Part shown: positions 56,601-64,000 of the stretch, one piece after another
How the letters are laid out: each line of letters starts with the position of its first letter
Numbering within the stretch: position 1 is the first letter of the stretch
Origin: Pristiophorus japonicus
Taxonomy: Eukaryota
Length of the DNA stretch: 64,000 nt
Assembly: GCF_044704955.1 (NCBI RefSeq)
Contig: NW_027252026.1
Span: 186,001 to 250,000, forward strand
Direction: 5' to 3'
Translations under genes and position numbers: made by a program
The notes under the pieces: model-generated
The model's database searches: none
The model's input: the letters and a program-made list of their open reading frames with translations, nothing else
What the model was told of the DNA's origin: nothing

Positions 56601-59600
56601 CCGGGGTGGACATCATCATCATAGGCAGTCCCTCGGAATAGAGGAAGACTTGCTTCCACTCCTGAAATGAGTACTTTTGTGGCTGAGTAGTCCAATAAGA
56701 GAGCCACTGCCTCTGTCACAGGTGGGACAGATAGTCGTTGAGGGGAAGGCTGGGTGGGACTGGTTTGCCACATGCTCTTTCCGCTGTCTGCGCTTGATTT
56801 CCGCACGCTCTTGGCGTTGAGACTCGAGGTGCTCATCACCCTCCCGATGCACTTTCTTCACTTAGGGCGGTCTTTGGCCAGGGACTCTCGGTGTCAGTGA
56901 TGGTGTCGCACTCTATCAGGGAGGCTTTGAGGGTGTCATTGCACCATTTCCGCTGCTCACCTTTGGCTCATTTGCCGTGAAGGAGCTGTGCATAGTTCAC
57001 TTGCTGAAGGAATCTCGTGTCTGACATGCGAACTATGTGGCCTGCCCAGCGAAGCTGACCGAGTGTGGTCGGTGCTTCAGTGCTGGAAATGATAGCCTGG
57101 GCGTGGTCGCAAATGTTGGTGCGTCTGTCCTCCGAGGGGATTTGTAGGATCTTGCGAAGACATCGTTGGTGCTATATCTCCAGCGAATTGAGGTGTCTTC
57201 TGTACATCGTCCATGCCCCTGAGCCATACAGGAGGGTATTACTACAGCCCTATAGAGCATGAGCTTGGTGGTAGATAAAGGTCCTCCACCAGCCTGTCCT
57301 TGCCGCAAAGCACTGTCCCCCAGTCATCAAGTTCCATGGCGTGGCCCCCGACAACCTGGACCATTTCCCTTACCTCAGGAGCCTCTTATCAACAAAAGCA
57401 GATGTTGATGCGGAGATTCAACACCGCCTCCAGTGCGCCAGTGCAGCCTTTGGCCACCTGAGGAAAAGAGTGTTCGAAGTCCAGGCTCTGAAATCTACCA
57501 CTAAGCTCATGGTCCACAGGGCTGTAGTGATACCCGTCCTCCTGTATGGGTCAGGGGCATGGACGATGTAGAGAAGACACCTCAAGTCGCTGGAGATATA
57601 TCATCAATGATGTCTCCGCAAGATTCTTCATATCCCGTGGGAGGACAGACGCACCAACATTAGTGTCCTTGCCTAGGCTAACATCCCCAGCTTGGGCAGG
57701 TCACTTAGTTCGCATGCCAGACACGATGCTCCCAAAGCAAGCGCTCTATGCGGCGCACCTTCATGGCAAACGAGCCAAAGGTGGGCAGTGGAGACGTTAC
57801 AAGGACACCCTCAAAGCCTCCCTGGTGAAGTGAGACATCATCACCGACACCTGGGAGACCCTGTCCGAAGACCGTCCTAGGTGGAGAAAGTGCATTCGGG
57901 AGGGTGTTGAGTTCTTCGAATCTCAACGCTGCGAGTGTGAAGAGGTCAGGTGCAGGCAGCGGAAGGGGCGTGTGGTAAATCAGTGCCACCCCACCCTTTC
58001 CACGACGAATGTCTGTCCCACCTGTGACAGGGTCTGTGGTTCTCGTGTTGGACTGTTCAGCCACTAAAGAACTCACTTTAGTAGTGGAAGCAAGTCTTCC
58101 TCGATTCCGAGAGACTGCCTCTGATGATTGATTGAGATAAGCATTTCAGGGAGAAGTAAATAGAGGATTATCCTGATAGTTAGATGAGGGGAGACAGTGG
58201 GGAGGCTCGAGTGGAGCATAAACGCTAGCATGGACTGGTTGAGCCGAATGGCCTGTTTCTGTGCTGTAATCGATGTAATCATTCACCTCCATAAGACTTT
58301 ACAATGCTTTATCCAGACCGTAATGTCCTTTGTACCATCTAATCCATCATTCCCGATTAGGACCTGGAATGCAGGGCAGTAACCTTCGAAACCCGTTCCA
58401 GCTCCACGTCCCCAAACAGTGATCAGCAGCCTCGGGATGTGAATGGTCCAATAGGACAGTGTACACTTTCAGTCTCAGTGCCGGGCAAGTCAGCATGTCT
58501 GCAGACAGACAGTATGACAGTGGTCCGGTATTTCTACAGTCTGGGACCCCCTCCTGGGTCCCTCTGTCAAGTTGACGTGTTACTTCCCATTGGTGCTTGA
58601 ACGACGGGGTGACACTCTTGCTGCCACATTTGGCCAGGGTGGACATCATCATCATAGGCAGTCCCTCGGAATAGAGGAAGACTTGCTTCCACTCCTGAAG
58701 TGAGTACTTTGGTGGCTGAGTAGTCCAATAAGAGAGCCTTTGACTCTGTCACAGGTGGGACAGATAGTCGTTGAGGAGAAGGCTGGGTGGGACTGGTTTG
58801 CCACATGCTCTTTCCGCTGTCTGCGCTTGATTTCCGCACGCTCTTGGCGTTGAGACTCGAGGTGCTCATCACCCTCCCGATGCACTTTCCTCACTTAGGG
58901 TGGTCTTTGGCCAGGGACTCTCGGTGTCAGTGATGATGTCGCACTCTATCAGGGAGGCTTTGAGGGTGTCATTGCACCGTTTCCGCTGCTCACCTTTGGC
59001 TCATTTGCAGTGAAGGAGCTCCGCATAGTTCACTTGCTGAAGGAATCTCGTGTCTGACATGCGAACTATGTGGCCTGCCCAGCGAAGCTGACCGAGTGTG
59101 GTCAGTGCTTCAGTGCTGGAAATGATAGCCTGGACGTGGTCGCTAATGTTGGTGCGTCTGTCCTCCGAGGGGATTTGTAGGATCTTACAAAGACATCGTT
59201 GGTGCTATATCTCAAGCGAATTGAGGTGTCTTCTGTCCATCGTCCATGCCCCTGAGCCATACAGGAGGGTATTACTACAGCCCTATAGAGCATGAGCTTG
59301 GTGGTAGATAAAGGTCCTCCACCAGCCTGTCCTTGCCGCAAAGCACTGTCCCCCAGTCATCAAGTTCCATGGCGTGGCCCCCGACAACCTGGACCATTTC
59401 CCTTACCTCAGGAGCCTCTTATCAACAAAAGCAGATGTTGATGCGGAGATTCAACACCGCCTCCAGTGCGCCAGTGCAGCCTTCGGCCACCTGAGGAAAA
59501 GAGTGTTCGAAGTCCAGGCCCTGAAATTTACCACTAAGCTCATGGTCTACATGGCTGTAGTAATACCCGCCCTCCTGTATGGCTCAGGGGCATGGACGAT

Positions 59601-62600
59601 GTACAGAAAATACCTCAAGTCACTGGAGATATATCATTAATGATGTCTCTGCAAGATCCTTCATATCCCGTGGGAGGACAGACGCACCAACATCAGTGTC
59701 CTTGCCTAGGCTAACATCCCCAGCTTGAGCAGGTCACTTAGTTCGCATGCCAGACACGATGCTCCCAAAGCAAGCGCTCTATGCGGCGCACCTTCATGGC
59801 AACGAGCCAAAGGTGGGCAGTGGAGACGTTACAAGGCCACCCTCAAAGCCTCCCTGGTGAAGTGTGACATCATCACCGACACCTGGGAGACCCTGGCTGA
59901 AGACCGCCTTAGGTGGAGAAAGTGCATTCGGGAGGGTGTTGAGTTCTTCGAATCTCAACACTGCGAGTGTGAAGAGGTCAGGTGCAGGCAGCGGAAGGGG
60001 CGTGTGGTAAATCAGTGCCACCCCACCCTTTCCACGACGAATGTCTGTCCCACCTGTGACAGGGTCTGTGGTTCTCGTATTGGACTGTTCAGCCACTAAA
60101 GAACTCACTTTAGTAGTGGAAGCAAGTCTTCCTCGATTCCGAGAGACTGCCTCTGATGATTGATTGAGATAAGCATTTCAGGGAGAAGTGACCAGAGAGT
60201 TATCCTGATAGTTAGATGAGGGGAGACAGGGGGGAGGCTCGAGTGGACCATAAACGCTAGCATGGACTGGTTGAGCCGAATGGCCTGTTTCTGTGCTGTA
60301 ATCGATGTAATCATTCACCTCCATAAGACTTTACAATGCTTTATCCAGACCGTAATGTCCTTTGTACCATCTAATCCATCATTCCCGATTAGGACCTGGA
60401 ATGCAGGGCAGTAACCTTCGAAACCCGTTCCAGCTCCACGTCCCCAAACAGTGATCAGCAGCCTCAGGATGTGAATGGTCCAATAGGACAGTGTACACTT
60501 TCAGTCTCAGTGCCGGGCAAGTCAGCATGTCTGCAGACAGACAGTATAACAGTGGTCCGGTATTTCTACAGTCTGGGAACCCCTCCTGGGTCCCTCTGTC
60601 AAGTTGACGTGTTACTTCCCATTGGTGCTTGAACGACGGGGTGACACTCTTGCTACCACATTTGGCCGGGGTGGACATCATCATCATAGGCAGTCCCTCG
60701 GAATAGAGGAAGACTTGCTTCCACTCCTGAAATGAGTACTTTTGTGGCTGAGTAGTCCAATAAGAGAGCCACTGCCTCTGTCACAGGTGGGACAGATAGT
60801 CGTTGAGGGGAAGGCTGGGTGGGACTGGTTTGCCACATGCTCTTTCCGCTGTCTGCGCTTGATTTCCGCACGCTCTTGGCGTTGAGACTCGAGGTGCTCA
60901 TCACCCTCCCGATGCACTTTCTTCACTTAGGGCGGTCTTTGGCCAGGGACTCTCGGTGTCAGTGATGATGTCGCACTCTATCAGGGAGGCTTTGAGGGTG
61001 TCATTGCACCATTTCCGCTGCTCACCTTTGGCTCATTTGCCGTGAAGGAGCTGTGCATAGTTCACTTGCTGAAGGAATCTCGTGTCTGACATGCGAACTA
61101 TGTGGCCTGCCCAGCGAAGCTGACCGAGTGTGGTCAGTGCTTCAGTGCTGGAAATGATAGCCTGGACGTGGACGCTAATGTTGGTGCGTCTGTCCTCCGA
61201 GGGGATTTGTAGGATCTTACAAAGACATCGTTGGTGCTATATCTCAAGCGAATTGAGGTGTCTTCTGTCCATCGTCCATGCCCCTGAGCCATACAGGAGG
61301 GTATTACTACAGCCCTATAGAGCATGAGCTTGGTGGTAGATAAAGGTCCTCCACCAGCCTGTCCTTGCCGCAAAGCACTGTCCCCCAGTCATCAAGTTCC
61401 ATGGCGTGGCCCCCGACAACCTGGACCATTTCCCTTACCTCAGGAGCCTCTTATCAACAAAAGCAGATGTTGATCCGGAGATTCAACACCGCCTCCAGTG
61501 CGCCAGTGCAGCCTTCGGCCACCTGAGGAAAAGAGTGTTCGAAGTCCAGGCCCTGAAATCTACCACTGAGCTCATGGTCTACAGGGCTGTAGTAATACCC
61601 GCCCTCCTGTATGGCTCAGGGGCATGGACGATGTACAGAAGACACCTCAAGTCACTGGAGATATATCATCAATGATGTCTCCGCAAGATCCTTCATATCC
61701 CGTGGAAGGACAGATGCACCAACATCAGTGTCCTTGCCCAGGCCAACATCCCCAGCTTGGGCAGGTCACTTAGTTCGCATGCCAGACACGATGCTCCCAA
61801 AGCAAGCGCTCTATGTGGCGCACCTTCATGGCAAACGAGCCAAAGGTGGGCAGTGGAGACGTTACAAGGACACCCTCAAAGCCTCCCTGGTGAAGTGTGA
61901 CATCACCACCGACACCTGGGAGACCCTGGCTGAAGACCGTCCTAGGTGGAGAAAGTGCATTCGGGAGGGTGTTGAGTTATTCGAATCTCAACGCTGCGAG
62001 TGTGAAGAGGTCAGGTGCAGGCAGCGGAAGGGGCGTGTGGTAAATCAGTGCCACCCCACCCTTTCCACGACGAATGTCTGTCCCACCTGTGACAGGGTCT
62101 GTGGTTCTCGTGTTGGACTGTTCAGCCACTAAAGAACTCACTTTAGTAGTGGAAGCAAGTCTTCCTCGATTCCGAGAGACTGCCTATGATGATTGATTGG
62201 TCACTTTTCCCTGAAATGCTTATCTCAGAGAGTTATCCTGATAGTTAAATGAGGGGAGACAGGGGGGAGGCTCGACTGGACCATAAACGCTAGCATGGAC
62301 TGGTTGAGCCGAATGGCCTGTTTCTGTGCTGTAATCGATGTAATCATTCACCTCCATAAGACTTTACAATGCTTTATCCAGACCGTAATGTCCTTTGTAC
62401 CATCTAGTCCATCATTCCCGATTAGGACCTGGAATGCAGGGCAGTAACCTTCGAAACCCGTTCCAGCTCCACGTCCCCAAACAGTGATCAGCAGCCTCGG
62501 GATGTGAATGGTCCAATAGGACAGTGTACACTTTCAGTCTCAGTGCCGGGCAAGTCAGCATGTCTACATACAGACTGTATGACAGTGGTCTGGTATTTCT

Positions 62601-64000
62601 ACAGTCTGGGACCCCCTCCTGGGTCCCTCTGTCAAGTTGACGTGTTGCTTCCCATTGGTGCTTGAATGACGGGATGACACTCTTGCTGCCACATTTGTCC
62701 TAGGTGGAGGTCATCATCATAGGCAGTCCCTCGGAATAGAGGAAGACTTGCTTCCACTCCTCAAGTGAGTTATTTGGTGGCTGAATAGTCCAATACGAGA
62801 GCCACAGACTCTGTCACAGGTGGGACAGATAGTCGTTGAGGGTAAGGGAGGGTGGGACTGGTTTGCCACATGCTCTTTCCGCTGCCTGTGCTTGATTTCC
62901 GCACGCTCTTGGCGTTGAGACTCGAGGTGCTCATCACCCTCCCGATGCACTTTCTTCACTTAGGCGGTCTTTGGCCAGGGACTCTCGGTGTCAGTGATGG
63001 TGTCGCTCTCTATCAGGGAGGCTTTGAGGGTGTCATTGCACCATTTCCGCTGCTCACCTTTGGCTCATTTGCCGTGAAGGAGCTCCGCATAGTTCACTTG
63101 CTTCAGGAATCTCGTGTCTGACATGCGAACTATGTGGCCTGCCCAGCGAAGCTGACCGAGTGTGGTCAGTGCTTCAGTGCTGGGAATGATAGCCTGGACG
63201 TGGTCGCTTATGTTGGTGCGCCTGTCCTCCGAGGGGATTAGTAGGATCTTGCGAAGACATCGTTGGTGCTATATTTCCAGCGAATTGAAGTGCCTTCTGT
63301 ACATCGTCCATGCCCCTGAGCCATACAGGAGGGTATTACTACAGCCCTATAGAGCATGAGCTTGGTGGTAGATAAAGGTCCTCCACCAGCCTGTCCTTGC
63401 CACAAAGCACTGTCCCCCAGTAATCAAGTTCCATGGCGTGGCCCCCGACAACCTGGACCATTTCCCTTACCTCAGGAGCCTCTTATCAACAAAAGCAGAT
63501 GTTGATGCGGAGATTCAACACCGCCTCCAGTGCGCCAGTGCAGCCTTCGGCCACCTGAGGAAAAGAGTGTTCGAAGTCCAGGCCCTGAAATCTACCACTA
63601 AGCTCATGGTCTACATGGCTGTAGTAATACCTGCCCTCCTGTATGGGTCAGGGGCATGGACGATGTACAGAAGACACCTCAAGTCGCTGGAGATATATCA
63701 CCAACAATGTCACCGCAAGATCATTCATATCCCGTGGGAGGACAGACGCACCAACATCAGTGTCCTTGCCCAGGCCAACATCCCCAGCATTGAAGCACTG
63801 ACCACACTCGATCAGCTTCGCTGGGCAGGCCACTTAGTTTGCATGGCAGACACGAGACTCCCAAAGCAAGCGCTCTATGCGGCGCTACTTCATGGTAAAC
63901 GAGCCAAAGGTGGGCAGCGGAAATGTACAAAGACACCCTCAAAGCCGCCCTGGTGAAGTGTGACATCACCACTGACACCTGGGAGATCCTGGCTGAAGGC
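53500..64000. repeat. ~2.03-kb tandem array: CR1 3' end - unique ~370 bp - RTE(-) - RTE(+); about 5 units, running off the window
   Basis: Equivalent ORFs recur at ~2033-nt spacing (56619, 58652, 60684, 62717; 57341, 59374, 61406, 63438). Confidence 0.95.
54017..56095. mobile_element. Head-to-head RTE (BovB-like) LINE 3' fragments: 54017-55000 (-) and 55000-56095 (+)
   Basis: ELQYADA, FPYL.S.LS, ASAAFGHLRKRVF, WAGHLVRM, C-terminal CPTC..H and (TGA)n tails on both strands. Confidence 0.9.

Overview
A vertebrate genomic window that is almost entirely transposable elements. The CR1 families, SINE type and Ig-like exon point to a cartilaginous fish (shark); this is an inference. In order it holds: (1) a Gypsy LTR element inserted in an old CR1 and itself interrupted by two CR1 LINEs, one with an intact 991-aa ORF2 (~618-9570); (2) a GA-rich minisatellite; (3) the only clear host-gene sequence, a germline-joined, RSS-less V-J immunoglobulin-superfamily exon on the minus strand (13617-13965) with a 1-nt frameshift and two candidate phase-1 mini-exons; (4) a class I (ZFERV-like) endogenous retrovirus with tRNA-Leu PBS, three T-arm-like leader hairpins, a UGA-CUA gag-pro junction, a 2H phosphoesterase domain between protease and RT, several internal deletions and a largely open env (~18650-27255); (5) a second, truncated LTR element with coiled-coil Gag, tRNA-Arg PBS and an apparently long LTR, split by a CR1 with intact ORF2; (6) PIF/Harbinger elements, one containing a 2-kb 10-mer satellite; (7) a seven-copy array of a promoter/first-exon-like unit (41.9-50.0 kb), interrupted by nested CR1s that carry an intron-containing tRNA-Arg + 5S rRNA chimera; (8) a Tx1-like LINE relic and a ~2.03-kb tandem array of head-to-head RTE fragments running to the window end. 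Element boundaries were read by eye and many are approximate.
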